A stretch of 64,000 nt of DNA, taken from an uncultured Chloroflexia bacterium. Lineage in GTDB: Bacteria; Chloroflexota; Limnocylindria; Limnocylindrales; CSP1-4. Positions 44,896-60,057 of this stretch are shown piece by piece. Under the pieces are notes generated by a model. The model was given only the letters and a program-made list of their open reading frames with translations. It had not been told where the DNA came from and ran no database searches. A program made the translations under genes and the position numbers. The stretch is taken from positions 256,522-320,521 of the forward strand of contig CAVWSU010000021.1 in NCBI GenBank assembly GCA_963757865.1, read 5' to 3'. How positions within the stretch are numbered: the stretch's first letter is position 1; each line of letters starts with the position of its first letter.

Positions 44896-44978
44896 GCCGG
44901 ACGACGGCGAGCCTGGGCGGGCAGCGGTGAGCCGCGCAGGGCCGTCAGGGGGCCTCGGGCGGTGCCGATGGTCCCGGA

Positions 44979-45251
44979 TCAGCGGACGGCGAACCCGGCG
45001 ACGATGAGGACGATCCCCAGTACGCCCGCGGCGATCCAGGGCTGTGCCCGTCGCCGCAGCTCGGCCTCCATCAGGTCGGCGCTGGACGGGCCGGATTCGG
45101 TCGGGTGGCCGCGCCACGACTCGTATCGACGGATGTTGTCCTGCTGTGCCCGCATGGCCTGGTACCGCCGCCAGTACGGCACACCGCGGACGTAGGCGGC
45201 GACCACCAGCCCCGCGCCACCGACCCAGAGCACGACATTGACCGGGCTCAT
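44979..45251 (-). CDS. Small two-TM membrane protein of unknown function.
   Basis: ATG 45251 overlaps the gatB stop (ATGA). 'VVLWVGGAGLVVAAYV' and 'WIAAGVLGIVLIVAGFAV' are the hydrophobic segments. Confidence 0.55.
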   Translation of the reverse strand: MSPVNVVLWVGGAGLVVAAYVRGVPYWRRYQAMRAQQDNIRRYESWRGHPTESGPSSADLMEAELRRRAQPWIAAGVLGIVLIVAGFAVR

Positions 45252-46763
45252 GACCCACCCCGCTCGAGCCGCTCGCGGACCAGGCCCTGCACCATCCCGG
45301 CGTTCGCCTGTCCGCGCGTGGCCTTCATGACCTGGCCGACGAGGAACCCAACGGCCTGCTGCTTCCCCGCGCGGTAGTCCGACACGGCCGCGTCGTTCGC
45401 CGCGAGCACCTGCTCGATGGCGGCGACGAGGGCTCCCGTATCGGAGATCTGGCTCAGGCCCAGGTCCGACACGATGCGCTCGACGGGCTCCCCGGTGTCG
45501 ACGTGCCGGGCAAGTACTTCCTTCGCGTTGGTGCCGGAGATGCGGCCGTCCCCGACCATGGCGACCAGGCGCGCGAGCTCGGCGCCTGCGACGTGCCCGC
45601 CATCCCCGCGCGATTTCGCGATGCGGAGATACTCCCCGGTCACCCAGTTCGCGAGCGACTTGGCCGCCGGTGCGTCGGCTCCGTGCGGGCCACTCGCCCC
45701 GAGGGCCTCCTCGAACAGGGCGCCCGCCGCCGAATCGGAGACGAGCACGCCGGCGTCGTAGGGCGACAGGCCCAGGGACGACACGTAGCGCTCCCGCCGG
45801 GCCGCCGGCAGCTCCGGGAGCGCGGCGCGGATCTCCGCGAGCCAGGCCGGGTCGGGCCGGAGCGGGGGCAGGTCGGGCTCCGGGAAGTACCGGTAGTCGT
45901 CCGAGTCCTCCTTGATCCGCATCGTGTACGTCTCGTTGCGCACGTCGTCCCAGCCGCGCGTCTCCTGCACGAGCGTCTCGCCCGCCTCGAGCGCGCGCGT
46001 CTGCCGCTCGATCTCGTGGGCGATCGCCCGCTCGACCGCGCGGAACGAGTTCATGTTCTTGACCTCGGTCCGCGTGCCGAACGCCTCGGTCCCGATGGGC
46101 CTGATCGAGACGTTCGCCTCGACCCGCATCTGGCCGTTCTCCATCTCCGCGTCGGACGCGCCGATCGTGCGGAGCAGGAGGCGCAGCTCCTCGGCATACC
46201 GCCGCGCCTGCTCGGCCGTGCGGATGTCCGGTTCCGTGACGATCTCCATGAGCGGCAGCCCGGAACGGTTGAAGTCGACGAGGCTGATCCGTCTCCCCAG
46301 CTCGTCGGTCGTGTGCTGCAGGCGCGCCGTGTCCTCCTCGAGGTGGGCCCTGCGGATGCGGACCGTGAACGGCCCCTCGCTCGTGTCGAACGACAGGTGG
46401 CCGTTGGCGGCAAGCGGCAGGTCGTACTGGCTGATCTGGTAGCCCTTGGGGAGGTCGGGGTAGAAGTAGTTCTTGCGGTCCCAGCGCGTGACCGGGGCGA
46501 GCTCGGCGTCGATCGCCAGGCCCGTCGCGAGGACCAGCTCCACGGCCCGTCGGTTGATCACCGGCAGCACGCCGGGCAGGCCGAGGCACACCGGGCAGGT
46601 GCGGGAGTTCGGGCCCGCGTCGCGCAGGTCGGTCGAACAGGCGCAGAACATCTTCGAGGCTGTGCGCAGCTGGGCGTGCACCTCGATCCCGATGACCGCC
46701 TGCCAGCGGCCGGCCGGCAGGTCGCGCCGCGGCCGCGGCCGCGCCTGCGGCGACGTCAGCCAT
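45248..46763 (-). CDS. gatB: Asp/Glu-tRNA amidotransferase subunit B. The only nearby ATG (46763) is out of frame with the body.
   Basis: 'AVIGIEVHAQLRTASKMFCAC', 'NRSGLPLMEIVTEPD' and a C-terminal 'GFLVGQVMKATRGQAN' are present. No in-frame ATG/GTG/TTG lies between the aminotransferase stop and 'VIGIEVH'. Confidence 0.85.
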
Positions 46764-48009
46764 CGCGCCGGCCCGCCGTGGTTCGCGCCACGAACCGCTG
46801 GATGCGCACCAGCGCCTCCTCGAGCTGCTCGTAGCTCGTCGCGTAGCACGCCCGAACGTGGCCTGCCCCGGACGGTCCGAACGCATCCCCGGGCACGACC
46901 GCGACATGCTCCTCGAACAACAGGCGCTCGCCGAACTCCTCGCTCGTCAGTCCGGTCACGCTCACGTCCGGGAACGCGTAGAACGCGCCCTGCGGGTCGG
47001 GCGTGGGCAGCCCGATCCGGTTGAGCCCGGCCACGAACATGCGACGGCGCCGGTCGTACTCCGCGAGCATGCGCTCCACGTCGGGCTCCGCTTCCTGCAG
47101 GGCCACGAGCGCGGCGTCCTGGGCCGTGGTGGGCGCGCACATGATCTGGTACTGGTGGACCTTGAGGATCCCCACGAGGATGTCGCGGGGCGCGCACACG
47201 TAGCCCACGCGCCAGCCCGTCATCGCGTACGCCTTCGAGAACCCGCCGAGGGTCACCGTCCGCTCGCGCATCCCGGGCAGGCTCGCGATCGCCTCGTGCC
47301 GGTGGTCGCCGTACACGAGCCGGTCGTAGATCTCGTCGCTGACCACCACGAGGTCGTGACGCACCGCGATGTCCGCCAGGGCCCGCAGCGTCGCAGGCGG
47401 CAGGACGGCGCCCGTGGGGTTGCACGGATAGCCCAGGAACAGCACCCTGGTGCGCGGCGTGACGCGGCGCTCGACCTCGTCGGGGTCGAGGGCGAACCCG
47501 TCGGACGCGCGCGTCGGCACGAGGACGGTGGTCCCCCCGGCGAACACGACGGCCGGCATGTAGGCCACGTAGGACGGCTCGTGGAGCAGGACCTCGTCGC
47601 CGGGATCCACGAGTGCCGTCATCGTCGCCGCCACGGCCTCGGATGCCCCGATCGTCACGACGATCTCGGTGGCCGGGTCGTATGCGACGCCGTACCGCCG
47701 CTCGAGGTTCTCCGCGATCGCTCGCCGAAGTTCCAGGGTGCCCAGGTTGCTCGTGTAGTGGGTCCTGCCGGCTTCGAGCGAGCGCACGCCGGCCCTGACC
47801 ACGACGTCGGGCGTGGTGAAGTCGGGCTCACCCACGCCGAGCGAGATGACGTCGGGCATCGTGGCCATCACGTCGAAGAACTTGCGGATGCCGGACGCGG
47901 GCACGGTCGACAGCCGGCTCGCGAGGCGGGAGCGGGTCGCGGTGACTTCCGTCCCGGTGGCTTCCGTCGCCGTGGCCTCTGTCGCGGGCGTCCGGGTGGG
48001 GGTCGACAT
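46756..48009 (-). CDS. Class I/II PLP-dependent aminotransferase (aspartate aminotransferase-like).
   Basis: ATG 48009 follows 'ggaggatc'. 'GVGEPDFTTP' and the PLP-Lys region 'GFSKAYAMTGWRVGYV' are present. Confidence 0.85.
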   Translation of the reverse strand: MSTPTRTPATEATATEATGTEVTATRSRLASRLSTVPASGIRKFFDVMATMPDVISLGVGEPDFTTPDVVVRAGVRSLEAGRTHYTSNLGTLELRRAIAENLERRYGVAYDPATEIVVTIGASEAVAATMTALVDPGDEVLLHEPSYVAYMPAVVFAGGTTVLVPTRASDGFALDPDEVERRVTPRTRVLFLGYPCNPTGAVLPPATLRALADIAVRHDLVVVSDEIYDRLVYGDHRHEAIASLPGMRERTVTLGGFSKAYAMTGWRVGYVCAPRDILVGILKVHQYQIMCAPTTAQDAALVALQEAEPDVERMLAEYDRRRRMFVAGLNRIGLPTPDPQGAFYAFPDVSVTGLTSEEFGERLLFEEHVAVVPGDAFGPSGAGHVRACYATSYEQLEEALVRIQRFVARTTAGRRDG

Positions 48010-48022
48010 CGTGATCCTCCGA

Positions 48023-49648
48023 TCAGGCCGGCCGGGCCGGGGCCGGCGCGGCCGGGGCCGGCCGGGCCGGGGCAATGGCCGGCAGCCGGGGTGCGGGCGT
48101 GGCCGGATCGGCGAGTGCCGGCAGCCCGGATGGCTCCAGCCGCCGCCAGCCGGCGTCGGCGGTGATCGCCTCGTAGGCCCGCCCGATGCGGAGCACGCGT
48201 CCCTCGTCCCAGGCCCGTCCGATCACCTGGAGGCCGACCGGCAGTCCCTCGGACAGGCCGCACGGGACCGACAGGCCGGGCAGGCCCGCCACGTTGACCG
48301 GCAGCGTGCACGCGTCCGACAGGTACATCGCGACCGGGTCGTCGAGCCGCGCGCCGAGCGGGAAGGCGACGGTGGGGCTCGTCGGAGCGACGATCGCGTC
48401 CACGCGCTCGAACGCCGCGTCGAAGTCCCCCTTGATCAGTGTCCGCACCTTCTGCGCCTTGACGTAGTAGGCATCGTAGTAGCCGGCGGAGAGCGCGTAC
48501 GTGCCGAGCATCACCCGGCGTTTGACCTCGTCGCCGAACCCGGCCCCCCGCGTGGCGAGGTAGTTCGCGAGCACGTCGCCCTCGCGCACGGAGTACCCGT
48601 ACCGGATGCCGTCGTATCGCGCCAGGTTCGCCGAAGCCTCGGCCGGCGCGATGATGTAGTACGTGGCCAGGCCGTAGTCCGTGTGCGGCAGGGAGACGTC
48701 CACGATCTCGGCACCCGCCGACTCGAGCGCCCGCACGGCTTCCCTCACGCGCGCCTCCACGCCGGGCTCCATGCCCGGCACGAAGTACTCGCGTGGCAGA
48801 CCGAGCCGGAGGCCGCGCAGGAAGCCCGCCGCCGCATCCTCGTCGGCATGAAGGTCCGCCAGGTAGTCGGGGACGGGGATCGGGCTGGACGTCGAGTCGC
48901 GGTCATCCCGGCCGGCGACCGTCTGCAGGAGCGCGGCGACGTCCCGGACGTCGCGCCCGAGCGGCCCGATCTGGTCGAGCGAGCTGGCGAACGCGATGAT
49001 GCCGTACCGACTGACGCGGCCGTACGTCGGCTTCATGCCCGCGATCCCGCAGAGCGCGGCTGGCTGGCGGATCGATCCGCCCGTGTCGGTGCCGATCGAG
49101 ACAGCCGCGTGGTAGGCCGCGACCGCGGCCGCCGAGCCGCCGCTGCTCCCGCCCGGCACGCGCGCCAGATCCCACGGATTTGCCGCGGGGCCCCAGGCGC
49201 AATGCTCGGTGGAGGAACCCATCGCGAACTCGTCCATGTTGGTCTTGCCGAGCACGACGCCGCCCGCGGCGCCGATCCGCTCCGCGATGTGGGCATCGAA
49301 CGTGCCCACGAAGCCGTCGAGGATGCGGCTTCCCGCCGTGGACGTCTGTCCGCGCGTCACGACCAGGTCCTTCAGGGCGATGGGGATCCCGACGAGCGGC
49401 GGCAGCGCGGCGATCGCGTCGGGCCCGGCGCGGCGGGCTTCGGCGATGCGGGCGTCCGCGGCATCGGCCGCCGCCCGCGCCCGTTCGTCGTCAAGGAACC
49501 GCCAGGCATGCAGGCCGCGGTCGGTCGCGTGCGCCAGCGCCAGGTGGGCGTCCACGAGCTCGCGGGAGCTGAACTCGCCCGCACGGAGGCCGCCGGCCAT
49601 CTCGTGCGCGAACAGCCGCGTGGGATCGCGCCTGGTCACCGCGCGCAT
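48023..49648 (-). CDS. gatA: Asp/Glu-tRNA amidotransferase subunit A.
   Basis: The amidase signature 'GGSSGGSAAAVAA' and 'GTDTGGSIRQPAALCGIAGMKPTYG' are present, followed by a Pro/Ala-rich C-terminal tail. Confidence 0.9.
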   Translation of the reverse strand: MRAVTRRDPTRLFAHEMAGGLRAGEFSSRELVDAHLALAHATDRGLHAWRFLDDERARAAADAADARIAEARRAGPDAIAALPPLVGIPIALKDLVVTRGQTSTAGSRILDGFVGTFDAHIAERIGAAGGVVLGKTNMDEFAMGSSTEHCAWGPAANPWDLARVPGGSSGGSAAAVAAYHAAVSIGTDTGGSIRQPAALCGIAGMKPTYGRVSRYGIIAFASSLDQIGPLGRDVRDVAALLQTVAGRDDRDSTSSPIPVPDYLADLHADEDAAAGFLRGLRLGLPREYFVPGMEPGVEARVREAVRALESAGAEIVDVSLPHTDYGLATYYIIAPAEASANLARYDGIRYGYSVREGDVLANYLATRGAGFGDEVKRRVMLGTYALSAGYYDAYYVKAQKVRTLIKGDFDAAFERVDAIVAPTSPTVAFPLGARLDDPVAMYLSDACTLPVNVAGLPGLSVPCGLSEGLPVGLQVIGRAWDEGRVLRIGRAYEAITADAGWRRLEPSGLPALADPATPAPRLPAIAPARPAPAAPAPARPA

Positions 49649-49670
49649 CCCGAGCGTCGAGGGCCGGCCA

Positions 49671-49970
49671 TCAATCGGCGCCTTCGACGACGACGGGCAC
49701 GACGAAATAGTCGCCCTGGCGCTCCGGCGCCCCCAGCAGCGCCTCGTCCGGCGACAACGACGGTCCGGGCCTGTCCTCGCGAAGGATGTTCTCGAGCTCG
49801 ATGGTCTGGGCCGTCGGCGGGATCGAGGCGGTGTCGAGCTCGGACAGCACCAGGTACTGGTCCAGGATGTGGTTGAGCTGCCCCTCGAGGCGCGTCAGCT
49901 GGTCCTCCGAGAGGCCCAGGCGCGCCAGGAGTGCCACGTGTTCGACGTCGGCGCGGGACAGGGTCGCCAT
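49671..49970 (-). CDS. gatC: Asp/Glu-tRNA amidotransferase subunit C.
   Basis: 99 aa: 'VEHVALLARLGLSEDQLTRLEGQLNHILD'. Confidence 0.9.
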   Translation of the reverse strand: MATLSRADVEHVALLARLGLSEDQLTRLEGQLNHILDQYLVLSELDTASIPPTAQTIELENILREDRPGPSLSPDEALLGAPERQGDYFVVPVVVEGAD

Positions 49971-50108
49971 GCGCGGATGATACCGGACGCCCCCTCCCCG
50001 GGCGCCCGGCCGGCAACCGGTTGCGCTCTCGGGCCGCGGCAGGGCCGCGAGCCTGCGCCGTGGCCGGCCCGAGCTGCCTCGGGCGCCGATCGCCGGACCG
50101 ACCCGGCC

Positions 50109-52850
<2,742 letters not shown>

Positions 52851-52922
52851 GCCGCGGCGGGGCGCGGCAACGCGTCGCCTGATCGCCGCACGCTTCGATG
52901 CGGCCCGCGCTCTGACGCCGGG

Positions 52923-55647
52923 CTACGCCAGCAGCTCGAGATTCGCCAGGCTCGCGAGGAGCACCTTGACGCCGCGATCCGGGAAGGCAACCGTGACTTC
53001 CTCGTCGTCGCGCGTGAGCTTGGAGCTGACCACCCTGCCCTCGCCGAACGCGGCGTGGCGCACGCGGTCGCCGTCACGGTAGCGGCGCTCGCCCGGCACG
53101 ACGGGCCGCGGCGGCAGGACGGACGGGAGTGCGGGAACGCGACCCTGTGCGCCACCTGGCACCGGGCGAGCGGTGCCGTAGTAGGTGGCGCGGCGTGCGT
53201 CCAGGTCACGCGACGGCCGGAACGGCGTCCCGTCGGGCGGTGCGCCGGGCGGAGGCGCGAATCCACCGCCGGGCGGAAGGTGTCGCGGCCCGATCGGGCG
53301 CTGCACGGTGCGCTCGCGGCCGCCGGGCGTCCGTCCCACGCCGCCGGGCCTCCGTCCGAATCCGCCGGATCGATCGCGCCCGAAGACGACGTCGAGGTCG
53401 AGGATCCCGCCCGTCCTCTCGGCCACCGGCCGCTGGTCGTCGTCGACGTCGTCGTCACGGGACAGCAGCCGCGGGCCGTGCAGCAGGGCCGGCGGGATCT
53501 CGAGCAGAAACCGGCTCGGGATGGCGAACCCGCCCCTCCCGAACGTGACCCTCGAGGCCGCATGGGTGAGGTACAGGCGGTGCATCGCCCGCGTCATGCC
53601 CACGTACGCGAGGCGTCGCTCCTCTGCCATCTGCCGCTCGTCGTCGAGCGAGCGGTTGTGCGGCAGGACCCCCTCCTCCATCCCGGCGATGAACACGATG
53701 GGGAACTCCAGCCCCTTCGCGGCGTGGAGCGTGATCAGCGTCGCGGCGTCCGCGTCGCGCTCGTACGTGTCCTGCTCGGCGACGAGCGCGGTCTCCTCGA
53801 GCAGCCGGTCGAGCGCATCCTCCGGCGCCAGGTCCCCGTATCGCTCGACCACCTCGCGCAGCTCCAGCAGGTTCGCCCACCGCTCCTCGCCCTCGGCGGA
53901 CCCGTCGTGGAGCATGGCCCGGTAGCCGGACTGCTCGAGCACCTCGTCGAGCAGCTGTGGCAGGGGCAGGATGGCAACCCGCGCGCGCAGGCGACCCACG
54001 AGGCCGCCGAAGTCGGAGAGGGCGTTCTTCGCGCGGGATCCCAGGAGCGGCGACTCGGCCGCGGCCAGCACGGCCTGCCACGTGTTTCCTTCCCGATCGG
54101 CGCCGAGGCGGCGCACTTCTTCCACGGTCTTCTCGCCGATGCCGCGCGGCGGCACGTTCAGGACCCGCTCGAACGCGATCTGGTCGTGGTCGTTGCGCAG
54201 CACCCGGAGGTAGGCCAGCGCGTCCTTGACCTCGCGCCGCTGGTAGAAGCGCGTGCCGCCGACCAGCTGATAGCGGAGCCCCCACCGGAGGAACGCCTCC
54301 TCGATCGGCCGGCTCTGGGCGTTCGTGCGGTACATCACGGCCACGTCGCGGAGCGCATACCGTCGGTCGTCGCCTTCGTCGCTGCGCCAGCCGACCACCG
54401 AGCCACCCGCGCCCCGGCCGTGGGCCAGGGCGTCCACCTGCCGGGCGATCCAGTCGGCCTCCTCGTCCTCCGAGTCGGCCTCGAACCGTTCGATCAGAAC
54501 GCCTTCGGGGTTGGAGGTCCACAGCTTCTTGTCGGTGCGTTCCGCGTTGCGCGAGACGACGGCATGAGCGGCGTCGAGGATCCGCTGCGTGGACCGGTAG
54601 TTCTGCTCGAGCTTGACGACCGTGGCGTCGGGATAGTCCCGCTCGAAGTCCAGGATGTTGCGCAGGTCGGCGCCGCGCCAGCTGTAGATGCTCTGGTCGT
54701 CGTCGCCGACCACGGCCAGGTTGCGGCGCCTGGCCGCGAGGTGCCGGATCCAGAGATACTGCGCACGGTTCGTGTCCTGGTACTCGTCCACGTGGATGTA
54801 GCGCCAGCGGTCCTGGTAGCGGCTCGAGGGCTTCGGGCGACTGCTCGAAGAGGCGGAGGCCCTCGAGCAGGAGGTCGTCGAAGTCGAGCGCGCTCGCCTC
54901 GTGGAGGCGCGCCTGGTAGCGGCGGTACGCCTTCGCCGCCAGCCGCTCCTGGTACGTGTGCGACGACTGCTCCGCCTCGTCGGGACCGATCAGGTCGTTC
55001 TTCCAGCGCCCGATCTGCCCGAGCACGGCCTGCGGCCGCGTCTCGCCGGTTCCTGGCAGGTCCAGGTCGCGGAGCACCTGCCGCATCAGGCCGACCTGGT
55101 CGTCCTGGTCGTAGATCGTGAACCGTGGGTCGATGCCGATCGCGCTTCCGTCGCGCCGGAGGACGCGTGCGCAGAGCGCGTGGAATGTGCCCATCGCGAC
55201 GTCGCGCCCGTTCTCGCCGACCAGCCCGAGGATGCGCTCGCGCATCTCCGCGGCGGCCTTGTTCGTGAAGGTCACCGCGAGGATGTGCCACGGCTTCACG
55301 CCCCGGACGCCGATCAGGTGCGCGACGCGGTGGGCCAGGACGCGCGTCTTGCCCGATCCGGCACCGGCCAGGATCAGGAGCGGGCCGTCGCTCGTGGTGA
55401 CGGCACGAGCCTGCTCGGGGTTGAGCCGGGCGACGATCTGCGCCTCGAGCTCGGCTCGCCTCGGGTCAGGGCCCGTCGACGCGGGGGCGTCCTCGTCGCC
55501 GCCGGCGGACGCATCGGACGGCCACGGCGCGTCCGACGGCCAGGGAGAATCCTGGAGTGCGGACGGCCGTCCGGAAGCGGCCGGGAACCCCGTCGCAGGC
55601 TCGTCGGAGGCACGCGGCGTCGGCTCGTCGGACCGGGGGATGTTCAC
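52923..55647 (-). CDS. pcrA: UvrD/PcrA-type ATP-dependent DNA helicase. The frame is interrupted at 54821-54822.
   Basis: 'LILAGAGSGKTRVLAHR' (motif I) is in ORF 53455..55647. 'VDEYQDTNRAQY', 'QNYRST', 'LHAAKGLEFPIVF' and 'VGMTRA' are in ORF 52923..54791. Removing one G restores 'PEALERYQDRWRYIHVDEYQD'. Confidence 0.9.
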
Positions 55648-55714
55648 CGGCCCATTCTACCGGCGGTCCCGGGAGGCCCTCGGGCAGGTCGGACTGCCGG
55701 CCCGGGAATCGCGA

Positions 55715-55740
55715 AGGCCCGGACCTCGCGGCCCGGGCCT
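55715..55740 (-). terminator. Hairpin 35 nt downstream of the groEL stop.
   Basis: 'aggcccgg-acctcgcggc-ccgggcct', an 8-bp GC stem. Confidence 0.45.
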
Positions 55741-55774
55741 CCATCGAGCGGGCGCCTGCCCGCGATCCGTCGGA

Positions 55775-57472
<1,698 letters not shown>

Positions 57473-57787
57473 CTAGTCCTCGACGATGGCGAGGATGTCC
57501 TTCTGGCTGACGATGAGCAGGTCATCGCCATCCACCTTGAACTCGGTGCCGGCGTACTTCGCGTACAGCACCTTGTTGCCCACCTGGACGTCCATGGCCT
57601 CGCGCTTGCCGTCATCGAGGATCCGGCCCGGGCCGATGGCGAGGACGCTGCCCTCCTGGGGCTTCTCCTTGGCGGTGTCCGGCAGGACGATGCCCGACTT
57701 GGTCATCTCCTCGCGGGGCGTCGGCTTGACGACGACGCGGTCGCCGAGTGGGCGGAGCTTGGTCGCGGACGCAGTGGCGGTCGCCAA
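57473..57787 (-). CDS. groES: Co-chaperonin GroES (Cpn10).
   Basis: The TTG start 57787 has 'aggagg' 8 nt upstream. '[46 protein letters not shown]' is present. Confidence 0.9.
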   Translation of the reverse strand: MATATASATKLRPLGDRVVVKPTPREEMTKSGIVLPDTAKEKPQEGSVLAIGPGRILDDGKREAMDVQVGNKVLYAKYAGTEFKVDGDDLLIVSQKDILAIVED

Positions 57788-57918
57788 CGCGAAATCCTCC
57801 TGGTAGTGCTGCCGGTCGTGGCGCCGGGTCGGCGCGGTCGCCGTGCGGTGCGACGCCCGAGCGAGCCGGCTGCCGATCCGGTCCGAGCCGTTTGGGTTGG
57901 CAACCCTCGCGCGGAGTC

Positions 57919-57945
57919 TTAGCACTCTCGCGCGGAGAGTGCTAA
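57919..57945 (-). promoter_or_regulatory. CIRCE element (HrcA operator).
   Basis: A perfect 'TTAGCACTC-N9-GAGTGCTAA' lies immediately downstream of the predicted -10 box of groES. Confidence 0.9.
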
Positions 57946-57946
57946 G

Positions 57947-57975
57947 AGCCTACGCAGGGCGCGCGCCGCTGTCAA
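57947..57975 (-). promoter_or_regulatory. Housekeeping sigma-70-type promoter of groES-groEL.
   Basis: The minus strand reads TTGACA (57975-57970), a 17-nt spacer, then TAGGCT (57952-57947). Confidence 0.6.
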
Positions 57976-58033
57976 GACCATGTACTCCGCATGTCCGTGC
58001 CCGGCAGGGACTCGATCGGCTGGCGTGACCCGG

Positions 58034-59092
58034 TCAGTGGCCGGCGAAGTGGCTGGCCACGGCGTCGAACACTTCCTTGGGCTCCCAGGGCATGTCCGGG
58101 TAGCGCGTGCCGTGGCGCCCGCCCGGCAACGCCTTCACGAGGGACATGGAGTCCATGTCGAGGTCGTACCGTGGATCGTCGTCGGTGGTGGCCCTCGGTG
58201 TCGCGAAGGTCGAGAGCAGAGCGCCGGCCACTCCTGCACGTTCGAGTTCGTCGAGGGTCTCGGCGACCTCGCGGGCCTGCATGGCTTCGTCCCGCTGGAA
58301 CGTCCCGGTCAGGCGGGGCCGGACGAAGCGCCCGATCAGCGGGAGCGTGTGGAGCGCCAACCGCTTGCCGTCGGTGACACCGAAGCCCAGGGCGCCCGAG
58401 CTCTCGGCGCCCCGGAAGGTGCGCATCCCGAACTCGGTGACGACGACCGGCTTGCCCGTGGCCAGGAAGGGCTGGAGCATCTCGACGTAGCGGTCCCTGA
58501 CCCGCGAGTCGCGATAGTGGTCGACGCCCACGTAGTCGAAGGGCCCCCAGTCCACCTGCTCGAAGACGAGCGACGCGTAGGTGAGCGGGCCACCGAACCG
58601 GGCGCGCAATCCGGGCACCAGCGCAGCCAGGTATGCCCTGAGCTTCCCGTTGCCGAGCAGCGCCGGGTCTCGCTTGAAGTTCTGCACGCGCTCGGGGATG
58701 TTCTTGCCGGGGAGGATCCCCGGCATGAAGAGCGTGAGCTCCTGCCCGGCCACGAAGACCACCCGCCCCGGATGGGCCGCCTCCAGCGTTGCGGCCACGT
58801 CGGCCGCGGCCACGAGTCGGGTCGTCGTCTCCTCCGGTGGGTACCCGAAGCAGGCCGGCGAGAACCAGACTTCAAGCCCGAGGTCGAGGGCCACCTCGGT
58901 CGCGGCCATCAGCCGTCCGACGTCGCTGCCCCCGATTCGCACGGCATTGGCGTGCAGGTCGTCCCGGATGATCTCGAGCTCGCGGCGCACGACCGACATG
59001 TCGAGGGCCGCCCGACGTGTCGAGATGGCATCGCCGACCGGGCCCGGGAAGTACGTGGTCCCCGTGTCGTAGTGGATTCCCTTGTGCTGCAC
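58034..59092 (-). CDS. TIM-barrel glycoside-hydrolase-like protein (clan GH-A-like); family uncertain.
   Basis: GTG 59092 follows 'gagggg'. 'VVFVAGQELTLF' is a possible acid/base region and 'KPVVVTEFGMR' a possible nucleophile region. No signal peptide is present. Confidence 0.5.
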   Translation of the reverse strand: MQHKGIHYDTGTTYFPGPVGDAISTRRAALDMSVVRRELEIIRDDLHANAVRIGGSDVGRLMAATEVALDLGLEVWFSPACFGYPPEETTTRLVAAADVAATLEAAHPGRVVFVAGQELTLFMPGILPGKNIPERVQNFKRDPALLGNGKLRAYLAALVPGLRARFGGPLTYASLVFEQVDWGPFDYVGVDHYRDSRVRDRYVEMLQPFLATGKPVVVTEFGMRTFRGAESSGALGFGVTDGKRLALHTLPLIGRFVRPRLTGTFQRDEAMQAREVAETLDELERAGVAGALLSTFATPRATTDDDPRYDLDMDSMSLVKALPGGRHGTRYPDMPWEPKEVFDAVASHFAGH

Positions 59093-59117
59093 GTCCCCTC
59101 GATTCCGGCCCGGCGGC

Positions 59118-60012
59118 CTAACTACGTGTAGTTGCGAGCGGCCACGAGAACGGCACGGCGAAGTCGCAGTAGGGGGCGCTCGCCTCAGTGACCGGCTCGC
59201 TCCAGAGGTAGGTGAGTCGCACGCCGAGATCCTCGGGCCCGAGGGCGAGACGTTCGGGCTCGATCCCGTGCTCGGCAGCCCAGGCGCGCAACGCCTCCGA
59301 CGCAAGCTGCCATTGCGCGCCCGGGTTCCCGCCCGGGCCAGCCGGCAGTGCGCCGTTCGGCAGCGTGACGTACGCCTCCTGGTGCGCGGGTTCGGTCCGC
59401 AGGGTCAGCTCGGGGTAGTGCGACGCAAGCGCCGTCGCGTCCGCCTCGGGGACCGGCCGGCACCACTCGACCGGGCCATCGCTGTCGGCGCTCACCTCGC
59501 CCCAGTAGATCGTGAACATCGCGCCCTCGCGTCCCGGGGAGCTTCGGCAGCGGTCGCTCGCGCAGGACCGCGATGAACTCCTTGCCGAGCGCCCACGCAC
59601 CCGCTTCGTCGACGTTGCGCTTCAGGCAGAGCAGGCTCCGCGCGGGCATCTCGCGCGTGGCGACGTCGTACATGACGGACCTCTTGCCACGCAGTCGGTT
59701 GACGAGGTACCCGGCGAGTTCGCGCCGCGCGTCGTGGGCCGCCTCGGCGTCCCGCCAGTGCACCGCGACGCGTTCAGCGGCCTCGAGGGGATCGGTCGCC
59801 AGCAGCTCCCTGATCGCCGCCAGCGGCAGGTCGAGCTGACGCAGCATGGCCACGAGACGTGCCTGTTCGAGCTGCGCCTCGTCGTAGTAGCGATAGCCCG
59901 AGGCGCGGTCGACGCGCGCGGGCACCAGCACGCCCAGTTCGTCGTAGAGACGAAGCGCCTTGATCGACAGGCGCGAGCGCCGTGCGAACTCGCCGATGCT
60001 GACTTCTTCCAC
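59118..60012 (-). CDS. MerR-family regulator with a GyrI-like effector-binding domain. The frame is interrupted at about 59532.
   Basis: The HTH 'VSIGEFARRSRLSIKALRLYDELGVLVPARVDRASGYRYY' is in ORF 59185..60012. The GyrI-like C-terminus 'AMFTIYWGEVSADSDGPVEWCRPV' is in ORF 59118..59600. The join is 'KLPG|REGAMFTIYW'. Confidence 0.8.
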
Positions 60013-60057
60013 CGCCTCACTCGCAGTCGTCGTCGAGCCGGACGGCCCGATTGATCG

